Shown piece after piece: positions 11,196-23,222 of a DNA stretch of 52,221 nucleotides; the first letter of the stretch is position 1; every line of letters begins with the position of its first letter. The stretch covers positions 16,069-68,289 of the forward strand of contig CAYFPB010000001.1 of assembly GCA_964344895.1 (NCBI GenBank), given 5' to 3'. Below the pieces are notes generated by a model. That model saw only the letters and a list, made by a program, of their open reading frames with translations. It was not told where the DNA came from and ran no database searches. This DNA is from an uncultured Candidatus Peribacteria bacterium. GTDB lineage: Bacteria > Patescibacteriota > Gracilibacteria > BD1-5 > UBA6164. Both the position numbers and the translations under genes were made by a program.

Positions 11196-12090
11196 TAATT
11201 GTATGATAAGTAATGATAAAAATGTTTTTGAGTGTAGTGCAGTAACAAAGTGAATTGAAATAGAATTTACTAGTTATTGTGGATTAAAATGTATTGTATG
11301 TCCTAGGAAAAAACTAGATAGATATAATTTTTTAAAGTTTGATGACTTTAAAAAAATAGTAGCCTTAGTTAAACAAGGTAATTACACAGAAATAATGGTT
11401 TGTTGATTATGAGATGCTTTTTTACATGAAGAAATAAATCTATTTTTAGATTATTTATTTTGTGAAATCCCAGGAATAAATTTTTTTATAATGACTAAAT
11501 GACAAAGTATACAAGATAAGCACTTAGAAAAAATTAAAGAATTAAAAGATAGATGATTCAATGTTTCCTTAACTTTTTCAATTTTTTCACTTAATAAAAA
11601 AGTATATAATTATTTAACTTGATGAGAAAATTTTGATAGATTTATGAGTATTTTTAAAAAAGTAATTTCTATGAATTTAAATTATTCAATTGAGTTTTTA
11701 CTTTCTACTTTAACAATAAAAGAGTTGGAAAAATTTAAAGATTTTGCAAAATCTTTATGAAAAAATGACTATTGAGTTTCTTTGGTTCACAATTGGTGAT
11801 GAGAAATAAGTGATACTATACATAAAAAACTTTTTGATGAAGAAAAGTTAAAATGATTTTATGAAAAGAGGAAAAATAATGATTTGTGTGAAGCTATAAA
11901 ATATGATTATTTATATATTGATTCATATGGAGACGTGTTTCAATGCTCATTAAATGAGTTACATAGGAAATGATTTTTATGAAAAATATGAGAATATAGT
12001 TTGGAAGAATTTTTAGAAATGAAAAAAGATTTGAACTATAAAAAGACTTGTGAAAATTGTTTTTATTTGGATTATAAAACCTTTTGTTAA
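11188..12090 (+). CDS. Radical SAM protein with C-terminal Cys-rich (SPASM/twitch-like) region
   Basis: 300 aa. Has a CGLKCIVCPR motif. The C-terminus reads CEAIKYDYLYIDSYGDVFQC ... CENCFYLDYKTFC. Confidence 0.7.
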
Positions 12091-12092
12091 TC

Positions 12093-12857
12093 ATGAATAT
12101 ACTTATAATATGATTATGAAATCATTGAAAGAAATATGTAAATTTCTTTGAGGGAAGAAATTGGAATATATATTGAATATGTAAAACTCAAAAAACAAAG
12201 AATTATATAGAAGCTAATTATAATATAAAAGTATTTACTGATTATAGTAGCTTGATAAATGAAATAATTTTTGATTTTATAGTATTGGCTCTACCTTCAG
12301 ATATACAATGAAAAATTGCCATTGATATAGTTACTAAAGTTCCAAAAAAAACAAATATTTTGATAGAGTTGCCTGTTTCTGATTTTAAAGAGGATCGTAT
12401 AGAATTAGAAAAATATGATAATATAGGTTTCTTTGTAGAAGAGTATTATAGTTTGTTATCAAAATTTTTATCAAAAATTGATACTTCAAAGATAGAAAAA
12501 ATAAATGTAGTTATGAACATATCAGAAGAGGACTTTTGAGATAAAAAATCAGAAAATATTGATAAAATACATCTAATGAATAATTTTATTTTATCAGGAA
12601 TTAGTTATGATATTTTTGATATAAAAATAAATAAACACCAAGATTTAAATGTGTACTATAAAGTAACTTTTGATTATTTATGAAAATTTGTAGAATACAG
12701 TTTTTATAGAAATAAAACATTAAAAATTTGAACAAAGAGTTTTGATGATAGGTTTAATTTTGATGAAGTTGTGACTAGTATAATAAATGATTTTTCATAT
12801 GTATCTAAGTCAAAGCTTGATTTTAATAATTATTTTAAAAATATTATTAATAAATAA
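12093..12857 (+). CDS. Rossmann-fold (Gfo/Idh/MocA-like N-terminus) putative oxidoreductase
   Basis: 254 aa. MNILIIGLGNHGKKYVNFF is a dinucleotide-binding-type GxGxxG with Gly encoded by TGA. It shares GICKTQKTK with the minus-strand paralog at 24025-24990. Confidence 0.5.
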
Positions 12858-14960
12858 ATGAAATATATTTGAGCAAATTTTGTGACTACTATTAAGGATT
12901 GGAGTTGTATATTAATAGAAGATTGAAAATTAAGTTGAGCTTGTTTAGATAAGCTGGACTCTTTTAAGTTTTCTCCTTATTTGTCAGATTTAGTATTATA
13001 TTCTATTCAATCAAAAAGGGAATGAAAAAACTCAGAAGTATTTCCAAACTTGTATGAAAATGATTTATTAAATATAGTTTGAGAATCAAGAAATATTTTT
13101 AAAAAATATTTTTCATTAGATAAAAAATATAAAAGTGTAAACTTTGAGGAAAAAAGTATTTTTGATTATAAAAATAAGCATGCTTATTATCATGTTTTAT
13201 GAACGCATATGATATCTTGATTTGATAATTCAGTTTGATTATGTATTGATTACCTTTGATATAATGATAATTGAAATCACCAAGTTCAGACAATTTGGAA
13301 TTGTGTTTGAAATAAAATAGATTTAGTAGATGATTTTGATACAAGTTTAACAATAAATAGATGAATATGATTTACTTATTCTATATTTGCTGATATGTTT
13401 GATATATATAAATATGATGTGCCTTTTCTAGCTGTATATTGAAATAAAGATAGATTTAAGTGAGTTAATATTTATGAGTATAAAAATAATAATGTATATT
13501 TGAGGAAAGAATTTTTAGAATCTATAACACTGAATTCAGATTTATTACCAAAAACTTTTTATGCAAGTATTGAAGAGCTAAATTCAAATATGGATAATAT
13601 ATATTTTAATATAAAAAAGATTTTTAATATTTCAGATTTGGAAATAATAGAAGCTAAAAAAGATTTAAGGAAATGAGTAATTGCTGATTTGTTTGCATAT
13701 GTAGAAAATGAAACAAAAAAAGCAGTAGTATATTTGGCAAAAAAAGCATATAATACTGGTAAATCAAAAAAATTAACAGTCTCTGGTTGGTTGGCTTCAA
13801 ATCATCTATTATGTAAATCATTAATTGATGAAACAGAATTCAGAGATTTTTATTTTGAATTATCTCCAAACTATACAGGTATATCTATTTGAGCAGCTTT
13901 TGAATTATACTGAAAAAAAATACTATTAGAAAAAACCTGATATGGGAAAGAATATACAAATAATCAAATAAAAGCTGATTTAGATAATTATAATGATTAT
14001 ATAAGTTATTCTTTAGAAAAAAATACTAAAATACAAAATGATTTCATAATTGAAAAACTAATAGATAAGAAGATAATTTGATATTTTAAATGATGATCTG
14101 AACTGTGACCTAGGTCGTTATGAAATAGAAGTATTTTAACATCTTGTTTTTGTGAAGATTTATCAGATAGACTAAGAGTTATAAAAAAAAGACAAAATTG
14201 GAAAAGTTTTTCAGTATCAGTGTTAGAAGAGGATTTATGAAAATATTTTAAATCAAATTATAACTCTAGGTTTATGAGTGTTTCTTGAATTTTAAAAGAT
14301 AAGTTTAAAAAAGATTTTATATGAGTAAATCTAGATAATAATGTTATTAGATACCAAAGTGTTTGAGAAAAAAATAACTTAAGCTTATATAGTTTACTAA
14401 AACAATATAAGCAAAAAACAAATAATAGTTTTTTACTTAATACATCATTAAATTCATATAAACAACCAATTGTAGAAACACCCACTCAAGCTATAGAATT
14501 GTTTTTATCTTCAAGGATAGATTATTTAATATTATGAGATTTTATTGTTTCAAAGAATAAGTTATATAAAGAGTTTAGTTTTAATTATAAAAATTTAAAG
14601 AAACAAAAAAATATTCAATATTTTAGTATTAATCATAGTTCATATAAAAACTATTTAAATTTAAAAAATATTATTGAAAAAATAGTACTAAAGGATTATG
14701 ATATGAGTATAAATGATATAAAATATTTTGAAAGAGATATTGATATAGAATTTGCATGAAATAAGTTATTAATAGAAAAAGTTGATAATTGAAAAACATA
14801 TGATTTAAAAACAAAAAATATTTGAATTATGGTAAAACAACTTAATTCAAAAAAAGATTTAGCTATATTTTATAAAAAGCTACTATTGGTTGATAAAAAA
14901 ATAAAAGAAATATTTGATAATTGAGACTACTTTTTGAAGGATTTAATTAATTATTTATAG
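12858..14960 (+). CDS. Carbamoyltransferase family (NodU/CmcH/TobZ-like), divergent paralog 1
   Basis: 700 aa, frame hand-checked. Has YFKGGSELGPRSLGNRSIL (compare the family motif FGPRALGNRS) and LNTSLNSYKQPIVETP. Several positions conserved in paralogs 2 and 3 differ here. GGVALN is replaced by VSGWLASN, S/C-(E/D)-(D/E)-G by NYTG, and HID by NLD. Confidence 0.7.
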
Positions 14961-14965
14961 TTTGT

Positions 14966-16993
14966 ATGAAATACATTTGAGCAAATATATATTCAACAAC
15001 CCATTTGTGGAGCTTTTGTTATTTTGATGATAAAGAAAATAAATTAAAAGCTATTGAGCTTGAAAGATTGGATAGGTATAAAAACTCTCCAAATCTTTCA
15101 AGCTTTTCATTGATTCCAAAAGTAGAAGGTTACCATAAACAGAAATTAATTAATTATTTTAATATTTCTTGAAAATTTAAATCATTGAATTTTGATAGAA
15201 CAAATATCTTAAAAAAACATCATTACCTACATGCTTGTAGTGTATATTATTCAAATAATATAGATTCAGGAGCTATATTATGTATGGATAGAAATTGATA
15301 TGACTCTGATATGGGAAATCAGTTTCAAACTATTTGGTATTGAGATAAAATGGATATTAGTTTTAAATATTCTTCAAAAATTAAGTCACAAATAGATAGG
15401 GGAATAGGTTTTGCTTACTATATTATTTCAGAGTTTTTAAGGCTTTGAGAATGATCAGTAATGTGATTATCAGCTTATTGAAATAAGGATTATTATAAGG
15501 AAATAGAAATATATGAGTATAGAGATAATGGAGTATATTTTAACAAAAATTTTTTAAAAAATTGTGTAATTGAAAAGTCTAACAATATAGAGTTTGATAA
15601 GGAATATGATATTTTTGATGAAAAAAATGGTAATAGAGAAATTATATTGAAAAATATTAAAGATATTTTTAGAATAACTAAAGGTGATTTAATTAAAGCA
15701 AAAGAAGATATTATAAATTCAAAATATGCTCATATTGCAGCTTTACTACAGTATCAAACAGAAGAAGCTATATTATATCTAGCTAAAAAAGCTTATGAAA
15801 TAAGTAAATCAAAAAACCTATGTTTAGCAGGGGGGGTAGCTTTAAATATTTTAGCAAATACTAGAATACTTAAAGAGACAAAATTTGAAAATATATATAT
15901 CTCTCCAGTGTCAGAAGATATATGATTAGCTTTATGAGCTTTTTATCATTTATATCATATTCAGGAAGCTAATAAAAATAGAATATTTTTAGAAAAAACT
16001 TGATATTGAAGAAGTTATTCAAGGAAGGAAGTTTTAAAAGATTTAGAAGAATTTAAAGATGATATAAAAATCATAGAATATTGAGATAATAAAATATATG
16101 ATATAGTTACTGATAAATTGATTGAAGATAAGGTTTTATGATGGTTTCAATGATGAAGTGAATTTTGACCAAGAGCATTGGGGAATAGGAGTATTATAGC
16201 TTGACCAAATTCTATAGAATTAAAAAATAAAGTAAATAATATTAAATCAAGAGAACTATGGAGACCTATTGCCCCATCAATATTAGAGGAAGATATAGAT
16301 AAATATTTTGATATTTCATTTTTGTCTACTTTTATGAGTTTTTCTTGAAATATAAATAAATCAAAACTAGATGAAATAAAATGAGTTGTTCATATTGATA
16401 ATACATCTAGGTATCAAAGTGTTTCAGAAAAAAATAATTTAAATTATTATAAATTAATAAAATTATATAAAGAAAAAACAGGTATCCCAATTATTATTAA
16501 TACTTCAATGAATACAAAAAAAGAACCTATTGTAGAGAGTCCTAGAGATGCTATTGCGATGCTACTTTCCACACAGTTAGATTATTTAGTAATTGATAAT
16601 TTTTTTATATCAAAAAAATTAAATAATTATAAATACAAATTTAATTATGAAAATATTAGACTAAAAAGAAATTTGCTTTCCTATGAAAATAGGAAAAGTA
16701 TTATTAATAGGAAACTGTTAATAGATAAATTAAAAATTTTATTTTCTAGTTTTGATTTTAAGTTTGATAATTATTTTTATGATGAAAAAATTATATTTTT
16801 TATAGATTGAGATAAATATATTATTGAAAAATTTTCAAAAAATATTAATTATTTATTTCATAATAATAAAACTTGATTAATAAAAATTTGAAAGTACTCT
16901 ATTAGTGATGAAAAAATAATAGAATTAATATTTTATAAGCTGGATATTGATAGCTATATATATTCACAGAATTATATTTTAAATGATTATTAA
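14966..16993 (+). CDS. Carbamoyltransferase family (NodU/CmcH/TobZ-like), paralog 2
   Basis: 675 aa. Motifs are KKHHYLHACS, LCMDRNGYDS, LAGGVALNILAN and WFQGGSEFGPRALGNRSI (16142-16192, with Gly as TGA), plus HIDNTSRYQSV and INTSMNTKKEPIVESP. Confidence 0.8.
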
Positions 16994-18382
16994 ATGATAA
17001 CTCAAATATTTTATTCTCAGGTTCTTTTTCCTTCTATTACTTATGATAACTATATTGACTCAGATGTAATGCAGTTAAAACAAATAATTGAAGAAGATTT
17101 TTGATTAATTAAATGTATATTTAGGTGTATAGAGTGAAATTATTTTAATGTGTATTTTAAACATAAAGACTTTGTAGAGGATAAGACTTTACTTAATTCA
17201 AAGAATTGGTATATATATTGATGAGACTGAGAATGACTATTAAGTAGTGTAGTAAATACTATAAATCTATGAAAGAAAAAACAGACAGATTTTAATTTTT
17301 TTAAGGAAAAGGAGTTTTATGATAAAATTCCTTTTTGAACAGTATTATCTATTACAAGTAAATGTAATATATTTTGTAATTATTGTTTTAATGATTATGA
17401 TTATCCATTAAATACAAGAAATTCAAGAAAAACAATGAGTTTAGATCAGTATAAATATATAATTGATGAACTATATAAAGCTTGAACTAGAGATATAATA
17501 CTTACTTGATGAGAACCATTTGTATGTTCTTATTTATGGGATTTACTTGATTATTTGAAAGAAAAAAATATTTTTATAAGGATAAATACTAATTGAACCT
17601 TAATTAATGATAAGGTTTTAAAAAGACTGAATGATAATTATGTTGTTAATTTAATGGTATCTATTCATGAATTTAATAATAATGATTATTTTGAAGTTAA
17701 CAAAACTTGAGCAAAAAATATACAATGAATTAAATGATTAAACAATTTTGAAGAAAAGTTTGAAAAAAAGGTTATAGAATTAAGAAAAATAAAAAATTAT
17801 AAAAATATAAGCTTGGATGTTATGACTATTTTAAATCCAAAAAATATCTTTAATTTAGAAAAAATTTATGATTTTATATTAGGTAATTTTGAAATAGAGG
17901 ATTGGCATTTTTTTAGACTTTATTCTACTTGAACAACAAAGTGAATATCTAGATCTATGATATCTTTGGCAGTTGCTAAATTATATAAATTAAATAAGGT
18001 ATATAATAGAAGTTTTAAAATAGTTGATAGTATACCATTTTGTGCAACAAAAAATCCAGAAATAGCATGACAAGTAATTGATTGAGAATTATCACCACAT
18101 CATAATGTAAAGACAATTATAACTACTACTTGATGAGTACAAATAATGTCAGCTTTTGATACAACTTTATGAAGTATTTTTGAGGAAGGTATTGAAAAAA
18201 TATGGCAATGAGAGTTTGTACAAAAAATGCTGAATAATTGATATTTACCTGATGAATGTCATGATTGTAAATTTAAAGAAGAATGTAGGGGATGATCTAG
18301 GATGGATTGAAATATTTATAAATGAAGCTATAAGGCTTTTGATCCTCTTTGAGATATTAATAATAAAGTAATAAATGAATAA
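16994..18382 (+). CDS. Radical SAM/SPASM-type protein with ~115-aa N-terminal extension
   Basis: 462 aa. Motifs are CNIFCNYC and LTGGEPF. The C-terminus reads PFCATKNP ... ECHDCKFKEECRGGSRMD. The rSAM core starts only after about residue 115. Confidence 0.7.
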
Positions 18383-19664
18383 AAAAGAATTTCTAAATAA
18401 AATAAAACAAACAAAAAATCCTTACTTTGCTAAGGATATTTTATCATTGTTTTTGAAAAAAGAAGTTTTTATGAAAAAAATATATTCCCAAATAGAATAC
18501 TTATGAATAAAAAGATCAGATATTAATATAATTAGTGATATAACCAATAAAATTAAGAAAAATAAAGAAACTTTTATAGATGAAAAATCAAAAGATATTT
18601 ATTATAAAGCTAGATCTATTTGATGTACTTTATGTACTTTATGAAAAGGTGTTACAGTAGTACTTAGTTATAAGTGTCATAGAGATTGTTTTTTTTGCTA
18701 TGAAGAAACACCTCAAGACCCAAAGGTAAAAATTGATCCATATAGTAGTAATGATATGGAAAAAATTTATTCAATTATAGATACAGCATTTAAGGATTCT
18801 AGCAATAAGACTTTAGCAATAACTGGGGGAGAGCCTTTCTTATTTACTGATAAAGTTTATGAGATTTTAGATTATGTAAATAAAAATTATTCTTGAAAGC
18901 ATACAAGAATATACACTACTTGAGATATAATGAATCAAGATATATTATCAAATTTAAAAAAATTGAAATTAGATGAAATAAGATATAGTATAAAACCTTA
19001 TGAAGAACCAAAGTTAGATCTTTTTAAAATGACAAAAAAGTATATAAAAACAGTAATGATAGAAATGCCAGTACAACCAGATTCTAAGGAGTATATGTTA
19101 GATATTTTATCAAAAATAGATAAAGCTTGAGATATAGATGGAATTAATTTAAATGAATTGACATTTAATAATTTAAATAAATTTAAGTATAGGGAACATA
19201 ATTATACTTTAGATTTACCTGATTCAAAAGATCAAGTTTATCATAGATATTTTGATGTACCAAAAATAGAAATATGAGTGACTTGAAGTAAACAGTTATG
19301 TTTAGAATTAATAGAGTATTTTTCTTGAAAAAAAGCTAATTTTTTTATGCATTATTGTGATTTAGATACAGTATCTCATCACCATTATCTTCATAAAAAA
19401 AATGTGGCAAAGACATTAGGTAATTGATATGAAGAAATTACTAGGTATGGATTGAATAAAGTATTAAGAATTTATTCTAATTTACCTAAAGTAAAGGATT
19501 TATTAACAAGTAATAATATAACTAATTATAATGATTATTGAAATTATATTGAAACAGGTATAGCTAATTTAGCCCTTTTTAAAGATAAATGATTTTTACA
19601 AGCAATTATTTATAAAACTTATGATAATAGTTCACTAGTAGATTATGAATTAATTAATTTATAG
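18375..19664 (+). CDS. Radical SAM protein
   Basis: 429 aa. Motifs are LSYKCHRDCFFCYEE and ITGGEPFLF. The start overlaps the previous stop (18375 vs 18382). Confidence 0.7.
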
Positions 19665-19665
19665 T

Positions 19666-20001
19666 ATGAGTAGTTTTGATTATAAAAATAATGAGGTAAT
19701 AAAATGATTTAAGTTATTGGATAAACAAGAACTGTGGCCTGCTAAAGAGGTTATGACTCTTTTTTGATATAAAAATGAGGAAGAGAGTTTTCTTGATTTA
19801 CTTAAAAAAGCAAGAAATATATGTGAGATGAAAGGTGTTGATCCTAAAAAACATTTTTTGTGAGATATGGAAGATTTAAATAGTTTATCATTAACAAAAT
19901 ACTCATCTTTTTTAATATCTATTTTTGCTGATTTGAAAAAAAAAGAGGTAACTTATGCAAAAATGTTCTTTGAAATAGAAATAAAAAATATGTATGTCTA
20001 A
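19666..20001 (+). CDS. Small DinD-like (DNA-damage-inducible protein D family-like) protein
   Basis: 111 aa. The pattern LWPAKEVMTLFGYKNEEESFLDLLKKARNICEMKGVDPKKHF ... LTKYSSFLISIFADLKKKEVTYAKMFF resembles the DinD family as I recall it. The 3' end overlaps the next gene by 8 nt. Confidence 0.4.
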
Positions 20002-22657
20002 AAATAATATCTACATTTCCTGTAATGCTATAGTTTCTAATGACAATTGGTCAATTAGTTATTTATTTAAGTGAAAAATTTTTGCAATTTCTTTAGAAAG
20101 ACTAAATAGAATAAAAGAGTTTCCAGATACTTACTTTGCTAATAGATTACCATCTTATCAAAAAGAACTATTTAATGGTATTACAGATAAAACAAGAAAT
20201 TATAAAAAATTAATAAGTTTTAGAAATTATATATCAAAATTAATTAATGATACTTTGAAAAGAAAGATTGACTTTGATATAATAGATAAAATATATTTAA
20301 TGAATTTTCCATTTGATATCACAATTAATTGATATGAAGAAAAAGTAGTTTCTGAAAAGAAGAATTTTCATCATTTATTTCATGCTTGTAGTGCTTATTT
20401 TCCTTCAAACTTTAAAAAATCAGCTATATTGTGTATGGATCATGATTGATGTGATGAGGAATTATGATGAGTAAATCCTATGCATTCAATATGGTATGCT
20501 AAAGATAATAAACTTGATTTCTTATATTCTGATAATTTTGATACAAATAAAAATCAAGTTTGAATAGGTACAGTATATCACATACATTCAAAAATATGTT
20601 CTTTAAATGAGGGGACCTTTATGTGACTTTCATGATATGGGAATCCTAAATTTAATAATGTTGATATTTTTGATTATTCATCAGGAGGGCCCTTAATATC
20701 AAAACAGTTTTTTGAACAATCAAAAGTATATAAATGAAAGCTAGATTCATATGATATAGAGTATGATAAAGAATTGGAACTTGAAAAAGATTTAATTAAT
20801 AACTTTAAAAAATATTATTGAATAGAAAAATATGATACAGATGATTTAGTAAATTCAAAATATGCAGATATAGCTGATAATGTACAAAAACAGACAGAAA
20901 AAGCTATAATATTTTTAGCTAATAAAGCCTATGAATTAACAAAATCTAAGACATTATGTATTGCTGGTGGAGTCTGATTAAATATTTTAGCTAATACAAA
21001 AATCTTAGAGCAAACCCCTTTTGAGGAAATATTTGTTCAGCCTGCTTGTTCTGATGAATGATTATCTTTATGATGATTGTATTATTATTATCATATTATT
21101 AATAAAAATAATAAAAGAATAAGATTAGAGAATCCTTGATTAGGATTTGTTTATTCAAATGATTATATAAAAAACTGTTTAGAAAATTATTGTGATAAGC
21201 TAGATTTTAAGTTATTAGAGAATAAGAGTGAACAAGTAGCTGAATTATTAAATAATAATAAAGTAGTTTGATGGTTTCAGTGATGAAGTGAATTTTGACC
21301 AAGAGCTTTATGATATAGAAGTATTTTAGCTAATCCTAAATCAAAAAAAATAAGAGATAAAGTCAACAATATAAAGCTTAGGGAACTTTTTAGGCCTTTA
21401 GCTCCTGTAATATTAGAGGCAGACATTTGAACATATATGGAAACAGATAGAAAAAGTCCATATATGACACTAGTTGCTAAAGTAAAAAATAAATATAGAA
21501 AAAAATTAGAATGAATTACTCATATAGATTTCACAGCTAGATATCAAACAGTATCAATTAAAGAAAATACTGAACTATACAATTTACTAAAATCTTATAA
21601 AAATATTTCTTGAGTTTGAGTATTAATTAATACTTCTTTTAATGTAGCAAAAGAACCTATAGTTGAATCTCCAGTTGATGCTATAAAAATGTTTTTATCT
21701 ACTGATTTAGATTATTTAATTATATGAGATTTTATAGTAGAAAAGAAAACTAAATATGATAATTTAAAATTTAATTCTAAAAGAGTATTAAAAAACTATA
21801 GTACTAATTTAAAGGAAACTATAAGAGATTTAAGAATAGTAAATACTTGCTCCAATAATTGTATATATTGTTTAGAGCAATCATACAGAATAAAAGATAA
21901 ATTTATAAATAAAGTAAATATTTTTGATAAAATTAATAATTCAAATATATCTAATAGTATAAACTTTTATTGATGAAATCCATTACTTCATCCTGATTTA
22001 GAAGAAATTATTAAGTTTTCTAAAACAAAAATTGATAATATATGAATATTAACTAATACAAAATTTTTATCAAAAGATAAAATGGAAAAATTAACTGCTA
22101 GTTGATTAACTTCAATTTGATTTTATTTCAATTGTTTTGATAAAGATAAACATCTGCTTTTAAATGGATGATGAATAAGTCTAGGAGAGTTAATTAATAA
22201 TTTGGATATTATAATAAACTCAAAAATATTTTATAAAGCTATAATTCATATAAATAAACAAAATATTGATAGGCTATATAAAGATATTTTATTGTTAAGT
22301 ACAAGGTTTTGAGTAAAAAATATTGAGTTTGTAAATTATTTCCCTTTTGATAGACCTTATAAAAATAAAGAAATTTTAGAATATGATATATTAAAAAATA
22401 GAAAAAATATAGATAATTTGTTTAAAATTATAAAAAAGTTATGATTAAAAGTAGAGTTTATAAAATTTAGCAAAGATTTTTTTTGAGAGTACTTAGATTT
22501 TTATGATTTTAATAATTGAATTGTCTGACAAATATGAGAAGAAGATAAACAAAGATTAAGTTGAAAAGATAATCCTTTTTGTTATACTGAAAATAGATGT
22601 AAAACTTGTTTTATAAAAGATAGTTGTATTTTTTTACAAAAGAAAAATGTATGATAA
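19994..22657 (+). CDS. Fusion protein: carbamoyltransferase (NodU/CmcH/TobZ-like, paralog 3) with a C-terminal radical SAM domain
   Basis: 887 aa. Every codon was hand-checked and there is no TAA/TAG before 22655. The N-terminal ~590 aa carry NFHHLFHACS, LCMDHDGCDE, IAGGVGLNILAN, WFQGGSEFGPRALGYRSIL, HIDFTARYQTV and INTSFNVAKEPIVESP. The C-terminal ~290 aa carry RIVNTCSNNCIYCLEQ, FYGGNPLLHPD and CYTENRCKTCFIKDSC. Confidence 0.8.
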
Positions 22658-23222
22658 TTTATTAAAGATTTTTGATAAGAGGTTTTCTTGTCGTAATTTT
22701 GAGAAATGATATAAAATTCCAGAGGAGGATATAAAAAAAATGCTTTCTTGAGCATATTTATGACCTTCTTCTTATTCTTTGTGGCCTTTTGAGCTTATAG
22801 TTATTGATAATCCAAATTTAATAAAATTGATTGCAAATTCTATATGAGAGCATAGGTTTTGCCAAGATTGTTCAGTAATGATATTTGTTGCTCAGGAAAA
22901 ATTAAAATATGAAAATAAATCAGAATGATTAAGAAGGGAATTATTAGCCGCAAATGAAGCTCATATTGATGCATCAATTGCTTGAACCTACCTTGATTTA
23001 GTTGCTACTTCCCTTTGATATAGTACAGTATGGATGTGATATTATGAAAATATTATATGAAGAAAAATATTAAGAATCCCAAATCATCTAGAGTTATTAT
23101 ATTACATTGCTATATGAAAAAACTCAGATCCCAATAAGTTTAAAAAACATTATTATAACACAAAATATAAGCAAAAAATATATACTATGAGATATTGAAA
23201 TAAATATTATGATAACAAATAA
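22647..23222 (+). CDS. Nitroreductase-fold flavoprotein-like protein
   Basis: 191 aa. The pattern FSCRNFEKGYKIPEEDIKKMLSGAYLGPSSYSLWPFELIVIDNP matches the nitroreductase family pattern (R.F....I....i..il.aa..aPS..n.qPw.f.vv). Confidence 0.6.
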
